A DNA stretch of 64,000 nucleotides from Octopus vulgaris (taxonomy: Eukaryota). The DNA lies in NCBI GenBank assembly GCA_951406725.2, contig OX597837.1:4960001-5024000 (forward strand), read 5' to 3'. The notes below the pieces were generated by a model. The model was given only the letters and a program-made list of their open reading frames with translations. It had not been told where the DNA came from and ran no database searches. The translations under genes and the position numbers were made by a program. Position 1 is the stretch's first letter. Every line of letters begins with the position of its first letter. Positions 1-12,692 of this stretch are shown piece after piece.

Positions 1-525
1 AGCTGGATGCCCTTCCTAATGCCAACCCCTTCACAGATTGTACTGGGTGCTGTTTTCCTGGCACAGGCGCTAGTGAGGTCACCAAGTACCTGAAAGACTC
101 CATTAACTGAGTGGGGTATAGTACTGAGGGATATCAATGTATAATAGAAGGACAGGAGCAGGTTTCTTGCTGAAGAGATGAATGTATTGCTTCTCTATTT
201 TGACAGAGAGAAAGAAAGAGAGAGGTGAGTCTTAAAGTACACACACACACACACATAAAAGAAGCTTCTTTCAATTTCCCTCAACCAAATCCACTCACAA
301 GGTTTTGGCTGGCCAGGGGGCAATGAATACCACTGTTGCACTTGAAGGGGGTCCTATTGAATAACCTCTGACCTTAATGCAATTTTTCTAAAAGTGTATT
401 GTAATTTTTTTTTCCTATTTCAGATCTTTTTCCTGGTTATTCTAATATGCATTCAATTACCTAGAGCATTCTATACATACATATATAGGCATGACACCAT
501 ACCATTATATACATAAACATGACAC

Positions 526-564
<39 letters not shown>

Positions 565-850
565 CAGAGAAAGAGAGAGAGAGAGAGATGACACCATGTG
601 TGAACCACAGAGTCAGCCAGTCAACAAGTCAGTCCTGACAAATATCTGTAGATTAGAACACAACCTTTAACCTATTCTCAACAACACTTCAGATGATCAC
701 ATGATGGGCCAAAGGAAAATAGCACATACACACAAGTGGGGTGGTAGTACACACACACACATACGTGTATATCCATATATAAAATATAAACACACAAATA
801 TGCAACTTTACATACACAGATCCATAGTCACATACTTCCACATACACATA

Positions 851-1175
851 TCATCATCATCATCATCGTTTAACGTCCGCTTTCCATGCTAGCATGGGTT
901 GGACGGTTCAACTGGGGTCTTGGAAGCCAGATGGCTGCATTAGGCTCTAGTCTGATCTGGCAGTGTTTCTACAGCTGGATGCCCTTCCTAACACCAACCA
1001 CTCAGTGAGTGTAGTGGGTGCTTTTTTATGTGCCACACAAGGCTGGCAAACGACCACGATCGGATGGTGCTTTTTACGTGCCACCGGCACGGATGCTAGT
1101 CGGGGCGGCGCTGGCAACGGCCACGTTTGGATGGTTCTCTTACGTGCCACAAGCACTGGTATCAAAGCTACAATT
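851..1175 (-). mobile_element. RTE-type LINE 3' UTR fragment ending in (GAT)n
   Basis: Same sequence as 44351-45040: GGTTGGCATTAGGAAGGGCATCCAG motif, GTGCCGGTGGCAC-type hairpin subrepeats, (GAT)n tail. Confidence 0.7.
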
Positions 1176-1220
1176 TTATATATTTTATGATTTTATATAT
1201 ACACATATATACATGCATAC

Positions 1221-1483
1221 CAACGTTATTAAGAGTAACTTTGATTGTTTAAAAGCTGGTGAAATTTTTTTGCAAAGCATCAAGGTACCAGGTGGGGTTG
1301 AAGATGTTGAAACAGAAAGTGCAGTTATTGCATTTAGGGTGGGTGGGTCATCCTTGCTGCGAGCCAAGCCCTTCACATGTGAAATGATATCAATTGGGAT
1401 ATCGATCGGCTGTTATGGATTAGAAACATGTCGTTCAGGACAAAGTTTGTCTCACATGGTACAAAATAAAACATGGGTGGTTT
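1221..1483 (-). other. Candidate spliced exon (mostly 5' UTR, possibly ending in MLCKKISPAFKQSKLLLITL, phase 0)
   Basis: Unique sequence with a long pyrimidine tract plus TAG acceptor (1484-1517) and TTG|GTATGC donor at 1220. Stops in all three frames upstream; ATG at 1280. No homology recognised. Confidence 0.3.
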
Positions 1484-2015
1484 CTACGAAGCAGTGAAAA
1501 AGAACAAGAGAAAACAGAGTAATTAAGAACAGGTACGCATTTCCCAGGTGAGCAGCTTGAGCCTGAAATATTGTGGGCCAGAACTAGGCATGATGTACAA
1601 GCTTAGCTGGCTCACGTACTATCAGAACATGAAATTTATATTTGCTCACATTTAATTCTGTGTTTATTAAATGATATTTGTCTCTCGATGGATGGAGCGC
1701 TTCTTTTGTTGATCAAACAAATAACAGCAGAGTATATATATATAAGTTCAGCCCAAAATTAGATTCAAATGAATATGGTACTTAATTTAGATGCACCAGA
1801 ATTCTGTATGGTGTTATCCATAAAAATCCGCAGGGTGATTATAATCAAAATAAGCAACAAGAATGAATCCGGTACAGATATGTGCCAATGTATGTATATA
1901 TATATATATATATATACATAGGGGAGAATTCCCGAAAAAAACAAAAGATGAAGACAGGTGGTGTAGACAACAAACAGATGTGTTAGTATTATGCTTGGGA
2001 AGTGAAAAAGTCTTG

Positions 2016-2046
<31 letters not shown>

Positions 2047-2183
2047 TTTCTTTTTAATATACTGATAATTATAAAAAATATTGTTTAAGTTTACCAAAAA
2101 TGGCCCTTTTCACATGCCAAATACTACTTGGTGGAATTATTAATTATTAATTAATTAATTAATTTTACCCTTTATTATTATTG

Positions 2184-2218
<35 letters not shown>

Positions 2219-2606
2219 CATAAGGTACAGGTATGGTTCTGTGGTTAGTAAGTCCATTGCCCAACACACGTGATTTCAAGTTCAATCTACATGGGACCTA
2301 CAGTAAGAGTCCCCTACTATAAAGCCCAGCCCTGTGAATGGCTTTCATAGACAAAAAGAGAAAACCGAAGCCAGTCATGAACAGTTTGAATGTGGTGTCT
2401 GTGTATGTGCGCACGTGTGGTATGTGAATGTTCCGGTGTAGTGTTTCGTCATAATGTAACCAGATGTTTCCTCTGTAAGTGCTGAAAACCTCCAGCCATT
2501 TCGCAATAAAACAATAAAGCTGAAACAGGACTACTTTTGTTGTGACATTAGGTTCTTTATTCATGCGGAGAACAATGATCCTATGACTGAAATAGCTCTC
2601 TCTACC

Positions 2607-2656
<50 letters not shown>

Positions 2657-2980
2657 TTCTTGCTCTCTCTCTCTCTCTCTGTGTGGTGAGATAGGAAAAA
2701 ATGAATAATATATTAGAAAATGGAAAAGGGAGAAAAAAAACTGAAAATGAAATTAAGCTAAATGAAATATAACTTTGGACTCCATTTTATGCTAGTGTGT
2801 GGGTATGATGTGTGCCTAGAAATATGAGGGAGGTTTAAGGGTATGTACGTGCCAATGTATCATGTGCGCAGAATGTGCACGTATGATGGATATGTATGGA
2901 GCATGCGTGTGTGCTGACGTGTGCTTATAAATGTGGGGGAAGATTTAAGGGTGTGTGCCAATGTATTGTATGCAGAATGT

Positions 2981-3387
2981 AGGCGCAGGAGTGGCTGTGT
3001 GGTAAGTAGCTTGTTTACCAACCACATGGTTCTGGGTTCAGTCCCACTGTGTGGCATCTTGGGCAAGTGTCTTCTACTATAGCCCCGGACCGACCAAAGC
3101 CTTGTGAGTGGATTTGGTAGACGGAAACTGAAAGAAGCCTGTCGTATATATGTATATATATATGTATGTGTATGTTTGTGTGTCTGTGTTTGTCCCCCTA
3201 GCATTGCTTGACAACCGATGCTGGTGTGTTTACGTCCCCGTCACTTAGCGGTTTGGCAAAAGAGACCGATAGAATAAGTACTGGGCTTACAATGAATAAG
3301 TCCCGGGGTCGAGTTGCTCGACTAAAAAGGCGGTGCTCCAGCATGGCCGCAGTCAAAATGACTGAAACAAGTAAAAGAGTAAAAGAG
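2981..3387 (+). mobile_element. tRNA-derived CORE-like SINE (dominant family), full length
   Basis: A box TGGCTGTGTGG, B box GGTTCAGTCCC, CORE-like CTTGGGCAAGT, internal (TA/TG)n, AGTAAAAG tail. More than 20 copies in the window. Confidence 0.85.
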
Positions 3388-3729
3388 ATGTGTATGGAAT
3401 TGGGGGGGTGTTAATATTTATACAGACAGAATGTGTGTGTGTGTGTATATTGTGTATACATAATATCTACATTTTACGTTGTCTTCTTGGGTAGCGCCTT
3501 GAAGAATTCTAGTCAAGTGAATCAACACCCCTAATACCCTTTTTCCTTTAACCTGGTTCTTATTCAATTGGGCTCTTTTGCCAAACCACTAACTTACAGG
3601 GGTGTAAACACACCAACACCGGGTGTCAAGTGGCAGCAGAGGAGGGGGAAACACAGACATAAAACACACACACATGAAGATTACAAATATGTACACACAC
3701 ATATATATATCATCATCATTCATATACAC

Positions 3730-3979
3730 AGCGTTGCTATTATGCAAAAGTGTTGTAAGTCCAAAATTTTCTTTTTTCAAAAGCTGAAAAAATAGTTTCG
3801 CCATTCAATTGTAAAGCCGTTGTACAACACTTTGACATCTTTTGCTATCTTGGCATCTGAAACAGCTGGAGATACGATAGTTTGACCAAAAGAACCAGCT
3901 ATTGCAAGCAAAAATAAACATTGAAAAAAAATTCATTTGGCCAAATTTGGACATAACATTTTAACATAATAGCAACGAT
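3730..3979. mobile_element. MITE with ~30-bp imperfect TIRs
   Basis: CGTTGCTATTATG at 3732 and CATAATAGCAACG at 3965-3977, extending imperfectly inward. Confidence 0.65.
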
Positions 3980-3986
3980 ACATATA

Positions 3987-4116
3987 TAAGGTTGTCCCAA
4001 AAGTTCGTAAACATAAATGTCCTTATTTTGAGGAATAATTTTTGTTGTTTTTGTTAGTGCTTGGCGAGTAAAAATTCAATTTTCGCAAGTGTTTACGAAC
4101 TTTTGGGACAACCTAA
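3987..4116. mobile_element. Tc1/mariner-type MITE
   Basis: TIR AGGTTGTCCCAAAAGTTCGTAAACA / TGTTTACGAACTTTTGGGACAACCT, flanked by TA. Confidence 0.8.
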
Positions 4117-4161
4117 TATCTATATACGTCTGTAAATGTAATATGCGACAATTATTCGGTA

Positions 4162-4231
4162 GCCTTGATAAAACTCCAAGTTTCGGATGTCGGAGCAGAA
4201 ACACATACTGGCATCTCTTCAGTTATCAGGC
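4162..4231 (-). ncRNA. Type I hammerhead ribozyme-like motif in a (TA)n-associated Penelope-like repeat
   Basis: Minus strand: UGAUAA-CUGAAGA-GAUG..CAUC-C-GAAA-CU(UGG)AG-UU-UUAUCA. Stems I, II and III pair; GUU site. Confidence 0.7.
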
Positions 4232-4371
4232 CATAGAAAAAAATGCTATGAAAATGACCGTTAAAACAAAGGGAAATTACTGTGTGGTTGACAAAAGAGC
4301 TATTAGAATGACCGTTAAGTAAGGAGAGGGAGTAAAAATGTTCATAGTAATCACGTTTACCATTTCTATCA

Positions 4372-4471
<100 letters not shown>

Positions 4472-5244
4472 GAGTCCCACTGTGTAGCACCTTGGGCATC
4501 AGGCTTCTACTATATGTGTATGTATCTATGTGTGTGTCTTTGAGTATCTCTCCCACCACTGCTGGACAACCGATGTTGGTATGTTTATGTCTCCATAACA
4601 TAAGGAAACCAATGGAATTAGTACCAGGCTTTAAAAAAAATAATGAGTATTGCAGGGCGGGGGAGGTCAATTCATTGAAGTAAAAATTCTTCAAGACGGT
4701 GCCCCAGCATGGCCACAGTCAAATGACAGAAACAAGTATAAAAGAAAACAGATAACTGGAGGGTTGAAGAATATCAAAATTCAAACAAACCCCAATGTAA
4801 ACGCCAAGCACCCTAAAACACCCCGAATTCCGTTCTGATTGACCCCATCTATCCAGAAATGTTTACCTTTCAAACTGAAGAATTCCACAAATAAAATCGT
4901 TGTTGTTGTTACAACAGAAGTTCAATTAGTATTTAGTAAAAGAAAAATAATTATAAACAAAACAAAACAAGATCATTTGACTCTAATTAGAATTGTATTG
5001 TACTCTTACTATCTGCTCAAAACAAAGTCCCCTATCTTGTTCTCATTATCAGTCGCATTATTAAAGTCACACTATCAAACCATACTAATTGTGATTAACG
5101 CACCTGATTAAAATACAGACACCCCTTACACAGCTTTTGTTACTGTTTTAAAAAAGCTCTGGTTTGAATTTACAGTTTCAATGTCTTTATAGATGTGTGG
5201 CTACAGTTTTGTGTCGTCACACCATTTAGTTTGTGACGGCCTGC

Positions 5245-5911
5245 TGCGCTTGAGAAGACCTATTGTGTCAAGTACATCAACATTAAAATAAAATCGAATT
5301 GATATTGTAGTTGTGATACGCGTGCCGGTGGCACATAGGGCCTCACAGAGGAAAGGACAAAGACCGAGAACTCTGAGTTATGCTGTGACTGTGAAGACCC
5401 GACAAATGAAGTGAGTTCATGGCTCACAGGACGGCTTGCTGTGCTAACCTTGGATTGTAGAGTTACCCCGCTGTTCTTGAGGAGACCTATTGAGTCAAGT
5501 ACGTCGACACCAACATCAAAATAAAAATCAAATAGAATTGTAGTTAAGATACCCGTGCCAGTAACACGTAAAAAGCATCGTCCGAATGTGGCAGATGCCA
5601 GTGCCGCCTTATTGGTGTCCGTGTCGGTGACACGTAAAAGCACCAACCAATCTTGGCCGTTTGCCAGCCTCCTCTGGCCCTGTGCTAGTGGCACGTGAAA
5701 AGCACCAACCTTCCCAGGCACCTGTGCCGGTAGCACATAAAAAGCACCCACTACATTCACGGAGTGGTTGGTGTTAGGAAGGGCATCCAGCTGTAGAAAC
5801 ACTGCCAGATCAGACTGGAGCCTGATGCAGCCTCCTGGCTTCCCAGACCCCGGTCGAACCATCAAACCCATGCTAGCATGGAAAACGAACGTTAAACGAT
5901 GATGATGATGA
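5245..5911 (+). mobile_element. RTE-type LINE 3' end (degenerate ORF end plus 3' UTR)
   Basis: Homologous to 44351-45040; hairpin subrepeats and (GAT)n tail. Confidence 0.7.
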
Positions 5912-6084
5912 TACACCATATATCATCAGTTTGTGTATGGTTTTTATCTCAACAGTTTGGCATGTGTACATATAGTGAAATTCGTAAACAATGAGAGAAA
6001 AAAAATGGAAAACAGGACAAGTAAACACAGAGAAAGGACCCTTCATCAGTTGTCGGTTGTCTATCTACTCCTCATTTCAAGCAC

Positions 6085-6124
<40 letters not shown>

Positions 6125-6404
6125 CGCTTATGTAAACGTAAGATGGAATTGGTAAAACTTTATTTTGTACAACAGCCATTTCAACCCATCCTGCAACTGG
6201 CCTTTATGGGTGGATGATGTAGCATCAACCTTGCAGTCTGGGACCACATCAGGTACATTCATGCATAAGGTGGTGTCTCACTAAAGATCTTGAGTGTGTA
6301 TGTATGCTATATATATATATATATATGTATGTAAGTATGTTTTATGTGTGTGTGTGTGTGTGCACACATTTACTTGTGTAATTTACAAAAATATTTTTAA
6401 TATA

Positions 6405-6806
6405 TATTCTTTACTGCCCACAGAGGGGACAAACAAGGACAGACAAAGGGATTAAGTCAATTACATCGACTCCAGTGCGTAACTGGTATTTAATTTATCG
6501 ACCCCGAAAGGATGAAAGGCAAAGTCAACCTTGGCGGAATTTGAACTCACAACGTAGCGGCAGACGAAATACCTATTTCTTTACTACCCATTAGGGACTA
6601 AACACAGAGGAGTACAAACAAGGACAGACAGACGGATTAAGTCGATTATATCGACCCCAGTGCATAACTGGTACTTAATTTATCGACCCCAAAAGGATGA
6701 AGGCAAAGTCGACCTCAGCGGAATTTGAACTCAGAACACAGCAGCAGACGAAATACCACTAAACATTTCGCCCGGCGCGCTAACGATTCTTCCAGCTCGC
6801 CACCTT
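6405..6806 (-). mobile_element. Meta-like tRNA SINE, dimer
   Basis: Two ~185-bp units with GCCTTTCATCCTTTCGGGGTCGAT core; flanking direct repeat AAAAATATTTTT(A/G)ATAT. Confidence 0.8.
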
Positions 6807-7643
6807 AAAAATATTTTTGATATTCTGTCCAGCTTCATACATTTTGTACCACTATGTGTGTGTGTGTTTGTGTGTGTGATGTGTGAATGTGTGTTTGTGT
6901 GTGTGTGTGTGTGTGTATGTATACCCCCATATACACAACTACATAGTTTTTATAACACCTTTTGTAACACTTGCCTATATTCAAATATGCCCTGCTAGTA
7001 AAACAAAAGATAGCATCGCCACCACCACTACCACTACCATCACCACCACCATCATCACCTTTATCATCACCATTATCATCATCATCATCATCAATATTAT
7101 TTCAGGCGTCCAGACATGATGAAATATTCATGACAAGCAAATTAGATAGGCTTCAGATAGACTGGAGCGGACAAAGTGTAAAGTAGAACATGAGGGGTGG
7201 GTGGCATGGATGGGTAGGGAAGGATGAAAGGGAAGGTGAAAGTTTGCGGCATAGAGGCATAGAAGTATCGTTGCAGTTGTTTAGCCATGGGTCAACCATA
7301 ACTGAACAGCCCTATTATCATCAAATGTGTTCCGGCCATGACTGTCCCACCTTGTTTAAGTCTAACCTACAACGAATACATTATCCTGTAGTTCCCTCTC
7401 CACCCCCCACCCCCGAGATGTGATTTGAGGGGAAATTCAGCTTCTGTTTCTAGCAAGTCAAGTGACCACGTAGAGTATCAGCCCTTGGCTTGGCTTGGCT
7501 TGACTCCCATGTGTATAGTGTTGGTGTGTAAAATATGTAGTGTATAGCAAGTATAGTGTAAGGGGTGTATAAGGGAGGTGTGTATACAAGTAAAAATTAA
7601 TAATCTATAATGCTGTATAATGAGTAGAATATATAGTCTCTAG

Positions 7644-7924
7644 CAGTGTTACTTAAACAATTTCAGGCTGCTACCCCTTTAATACCCATTTTTAGCATTC
7701 CCCCACCCCTGACCACCAAGTTCTGAAGGAAATTTAAAACAGTATTTCATAAATAAAAAAGAAAAAACCTAATCAACTCATTATTTTGTTGGGTTTTTTT
7801 TTTTACATCCAGTGACCCCTTTTGGTCACCCCATTATCACCCCACTTTTCCTCAAAGTCAAAAGTGAATCTTTCCACTGTATCCCCACCAATGGAGGCAG
7901 TAACACCCATTTTAGGGACTACTG
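7644..7924. mobile_element. Old hAT-like MITE
   Basis: CAGTG..CTACTG ends; 8-bp flanks GTCTCTAG / ATCTATAG (6/8 match). Confidence 0.5.
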
Positions 7925-7963
7925 ATCTATAGTCTGTGAGGAGAATGTATATTTTATCATGTA

Positions 7964-8356
7964 CTAGCAGTATCGCACAGCGTTGCTCAGGTTTGTTTCG
8001 ACCCTTTAGAATTGGAATTTTTGAAAAGTAAAAATTTTGCATTATGTAGCTTGTTATTCTCTTTAAGTGAACATTTTTCTCGTTGAAATACACCGAAAAA
8101 TGGCGACACAGCAGTCAAAAAATTGTTAAAAAAAGGGGTTTTCATAGAAAGAAAGCATCTTTTTAATGTAAATAATTTTTGATCTTAACATGGTCTGATT
8201 TGAATTTTATCTTCTAGGGAATGAAGAGCAAGCCTTCTTCTATCATACTCTCAATTTTGGTCAACTTGCGCCACAGGGTCTCGGAGGGAGATAGTGTTAG
8301 TTGAAGGCTACCAAACCTGCTACACACAGAGACAACTTCAGCTTTATATATAGAGA
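7964..8356 (-). mobile_element. Non-autonomous Helitron
   Basis: Minus strand begins A|TC and ends CTAG|T with a GC-rich subterminal segment; second copy at 59245-59632. Confidence 0.75.
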
Positions 8357-8399
8357 TAATGAATTGTGTATAGTCAGTAATGTAGAAGAGGGGTGTATA

Positions 8400-8755
8400 C
8401 TCTAGGGCGAAACAGTAAAGACTTCCCTTCAGTCATGAATGACCATGGGATTGCACCTAGAAAGTTCCCCTCCGAGGCACAAGTCCGGGCAAGGTTGTTT
8501 ATGGAAGACCAGCAGTCGCCCATGCATACCAGCCTCTTCTCTCCAAGCCACTGATGTTATCCAAGGGAAAGGCAAAGGGGCTGAACAGCATGGCACCAGT
8601 GATGTCACAACTCATTTCTACAGATGAGTGAACTGGAAAAAGGTGAAATAAAGCATCTTGCTCAAGAACACAACACACAGCCCGGTCCAGGAATTGAACT
8701 CATTACTTCATGATAATGAGCCGGATGCTCTAACCACCAAGCCATGTGCCTTCAC
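8400..8755 (-). mobile_element. tRNA-derived SINE, third family
   Basis: Minus-strand head TGGCTTGGTGGTTAG..GAGTTCAATTCC, then TTCTTGAGCAAG. Tail repeated at 60200-60345; similar head at 27000-27125. Confidence 0.7.
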
Positions 8756-8774
8756 TGTATAATCTATGAAATAT

Positions 8775-9167
8775 AGGCGCAGGAGTGGCTGTGTGGTAAG
8801 TAGCTCACTAACCAACCACATGGTTCCGGGTTCAGTCCCACTACGTGGCATCTTGGGCAAGTGTCTTCTGCTATAGCCCTGGGCCGACCAATGCCTTGTG
8901 AGTAGATTTGGTAGACGGAAACTGAAAGAAGCCCGTCATATATATGTATATATATGTGTGTGTGTTTGTGTGCCAGTGTTTGTCCCCCTAGCATTGCTTG
9001 ACAACCGATGCTGGTGTGTTTATGTCCACGTCACTTAGTGGTTCGGCAAAATAGACCGATAGAATAAGTACTGGGCTTACAAAGAATAAGTCCCGGGGTC
9101 GATTTGCTCGACTAAAGGCGGTGCTCCAGCATGGCCGCAGTCAAATGACTGAAACAAGTAAAAGAGT
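8775..9167 (+). mobile_element. CORE-like SINE, full length
   Basis: Near-identical to 2981-3387. Confidence 0.85.
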
Positions 9168-9349
9168 ATATATAATGAGGGGGTGTGTCTTGTCAATAGT
9201 TGGAGATAAATATATAGCTTATCATGTATAATGAGGTCAGTGTATAAGAAGAGAGTATACTTTCGATAATGTACAAGGAGGGGATTGTATAACCTATTTG
9301 CAATAATATGAAAAGAGCTGGATGCTCTTCCTGTTGCCAACCCTCACCT

Positions 9350-9718
9350 TACTTACTTACTTGTGGCGACATTCACCCTGGGCAGGTTGAGTCGGCTTCT
9401 TCCACCACCCTCGAGGCCTGGAAGAAGTTTCGTGGGAATATGGGGATTTCACAAGCGGTCCCCAACAGTCCCGCATGTGGAGACATCCTGTTTGTTGCAG
9501 ATTGTCCGCAGACGCAGGGGCAGAATGACCGAGGAGCCACCGGTTGCCGAAACAGACACTCCGAGGATTTTCACCGGGTTGTGGCCCTAATACCACTCGG
9601 TGTCAGACCAATCTGCCTTGGGTGGCCCTACCAGGAACCGAAGTTCCCGACGGCATAGCTCTGACACTACCCGCTGCCAGCGTCCCCACCACGGTGAGGA
9701 GGGAATGGACTTTTGGGG
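9350..9718 (-). mobile_element. Bipartite non-autonomous RTE element (5' UTR joined to 3' end)
   Basis: BovB/RTE-like 5' motifs GAGCTATGCCG..GGGCCACCCAAG; 3' end GGGTGAATG..(AAGT)n like 54785-54835; TSD ACCCT(C/T)ACCT at 9340 and 9719. Confidence 0.7.
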
Positions 9719-10192
9719 ACCCTTACCTATTACTAATTGAGGTAATATTCCCAATGACCAGACATGTTTTCATGGAAGATTGGAACTGAGAGACACCGCT
9801 TCTATGCCGGTGATACTCATTTACAATGATTGTATGATGTCAAGGCAAAGGAGAGTCACTCACACACACAATAGGCTTCATGCAGTTTCCATCTACCAAA
9901 TAAACTACTGTGTGTACAAGGTGAGGAGCCAATTTTCAGCAGATGTGGTCATGTTGTTCAGAGGACAACACTTAACAACACACATAATAATGAGACTATC
10001 GTATACAGATAGATTATACTTGTCTTTTAATGTAGAACTAATTGTATTACAGGGTGTATCTCTATAAAGAACGAGTATTTCTCCGGATGACAGATCTACA
10101 ACATCAAGTGCACTTCACTGTAATATAAGATTTTGCTGCTTCAATTTGGATGGTAGAACCAATTACATGACAAAAGTATCATATTTATAGAT

Positions 10193-10870
10193 TACAGGAG
10201 CTTCAGATCAGCAGAGTACAGGAGTGACATGTCTGCAGGGTACACGAGTGTCACATCTGCAGAGTACACGAGTGTCACATCCGCAGAGTACACGAGTGTC
10301 ACATCTGCAGAGTACAGGAGTGTCACATCTGCAGAGTACAGGAGTGTCACACCTGCAGAATACAGGAGTGTCACACCTGCAGGGTACAGGAGTGTCGCAC
10401 CTGCAGAGTACAGGAGTGGCATGTCTGCAGAGTACAGGAGTGTCACACCTGCAGGGTACAGGAGTGTCACACCTGCAGGGTACAGGAGTGTCGCGCCTGC
10501 AGAGTACAGGAGTGTCACATCTGCAGAGTACAGGAGTGCCACATCTGCAGAGTACACGAGTGTCACATCTGCAGAGTACACGAGTGTTACATCTGCAGAG
10601 TTCAGGAGTATCACATTCACAGAATACAAGAGTATCACACACACAGACTACGAGAGTATTACATTGGCAGACCACAAGTATCACATCTACAGATCATAGA
10701 ATTAACACATCTGCAGGCTACAGGAGTATCATAGCTACAGATCACAAGAATATCTGCAAAATATGGGAATAACACATCTACACATTACAGGAGTAGCATA
10801 TCAATAAATTACATGACTATCACTTCTACAGGATACAGGAGTGTCGTTCATAACTGCCAGAGTATAAGGG
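10193..10870. repeat. 24-bp minisatellite (TCACATCTGCAGAGTACAGGAGTG)n
   Basis: About 16 homogeneous units at 10210-10600, decaying progressively to ~10870. Confidence 0.95.
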
Positions 10871-11202
10871 CATCTGTATTGATTACAGGAATGAGACCAG
10901 CTTTATCAAATACACTGATATTGTGATATAGATTCTGGCTGTTTGTCCTTTTCTGTGGAACTAATTAAATTATTGGAGTAAAATTAACGATATCAGGTGA
11001 TGTAGTAGAGAAGAGTTTATGAAGTGTGGGAGGGAAGGAGAGTAGGAGAATAAGAGAGGTGGCGTTGGGAGAGGAAATAGAGAGATTGAGGAAGAGGGAT
11101 GAACAAGAAGCATTTATAATGTAAGTGCATTAGTACATTATAAGGGTTTGTATTCATAGTAAAAAAAAAATCTTACAAATATACAAATAAGACTAAGGCA
11201 AA

Positions 11203-11555
11203 TCATCATCATCATTACTTAACATCCGCTTTCCATGCTAGCATGGGTTGGACGGTTTGACTGGGGACTGGCGAACCAGATGGCTGCACCAGGCTTCAAT
11301 CTTGATCTGGCAGAATTTCTACAGCTGGTTGCCCTTCCTAACGCCAACCACTCCGAGAGTGTAGTGGGTGCTTTTATGTGCCACCGGCAGAGGTGCCAGT
11401 CAGGCGGTACTGACAACGGCCACACTCAAATGGCGATTTTTACATGCCACCTGCACAGGTGCCAGTCCAGCGGCACTGGAAATGACCTCGCCCGAACGTT
11501 GTTTCATGTGCAACCGGCACACGTGGCAGTAAGGCAATGCTGGTAACGATCACGT
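11203..11555 (-). mobile_element. RTE-type LINE 3' UTR fragment
   Basis: Same motifs as 851-1175. Confidence 0.7.
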
Positions 11556-12692
11556 TCATCTCTACTCTTTTACTTGTTTCAGTCATGTGACTGTGGCCAT
11601 GCTGGAGCACCACCTTTAGTCGAGGAAATCGACCCCAGGACTTATTCTTTGTAAGCCTAGTACTTATTCTGCTGGTCTCTTTTGCCAAACCACTAAGTTA
11701 CGGGGGATGTAAACACACCAGCATCGGTTGTCAAGCAATGTTGGGGAGACAAACACAGACACACAAACAAATACACACACATACATATACATACATATAT
11801 ACGACGGGCTTCTTTCAGTTTCCATCTACCAAATCCACTCACAAGGCTTTAGTCAGCCCGAGGCTATAGTAGAAGACACTTGCCCAAGGTGCCACGCAGT
11901 GGGACTGAACCCAGAACCATGTGGTTCGTAAGCAAGCTTGGCAGAATTCTTAGAGTCCTCAACTTGACCTGTGACAATCGTACCTAAAACATGCGAAGTA
12001 ACAATTTGCTTTGTAAACTCACATGTTAGAGATGTATAGTGTATTGTTTGTTCTGTTACTGGTATGATCAATCTATAACCCCCTCCACACACACACATAT
12101 ATCGGGGGTGGTATATTTGCTTGAGTGCTAATCTGTTACACAAATCAACACCGCCAACATCTGGCACTTGAGTTTCTTTCGTAGAGTCCAATCTGTTGCA
12201 AACAGTCCAAGTCTGCTGCTCAATGATGGCCACAGCAAGAACATCTCTGATCATAGCTTTAATGGATCCAGGCTGACCTGGGATTAAACAGGACAGTGTT
12301 TTACCAATTCCAGATATATTTCTATGGCTATATTATTAGTACTTATATTTCGTTGTTATCCTGCTTTTGTACACAGACCTTTTTTCAAACGGACAAAACC
12401 CTTTGTAACTTTAGTCCTGTGTTTTGTCCCTTTATGTTTTAATTGATTTTTGTTAGCCCTTGTGGCCAATAAATGAACGAATTATTATTATTATCAAGGT
12501 GGCAAGCAAGCAGAATCATTAGCAGACTGGACGAAATGCTTAATGGTATTTCGCCCATCGATACATCCACCAAGGTCGAATTTGCCTTTCATCCTTTCGG
12601 GGTCGATAATACCAGTTTCGCACTGGGGTCAATGTAATTAACTTAATCCCTTCCCCCAAATTTGAGGCCCTGTGCTTCCAGTAGAAAGGATT

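Noticed and set aside
1018-1497. 159-aa plus-strand ORF
   Set aside because: Starts inside an RTE UTR repeat and crosses AT-rich simple sequence; no recognisable domain. A plus-strand donor CAG|GTGAGC at 1547 means a plus exon cannot be excluded.
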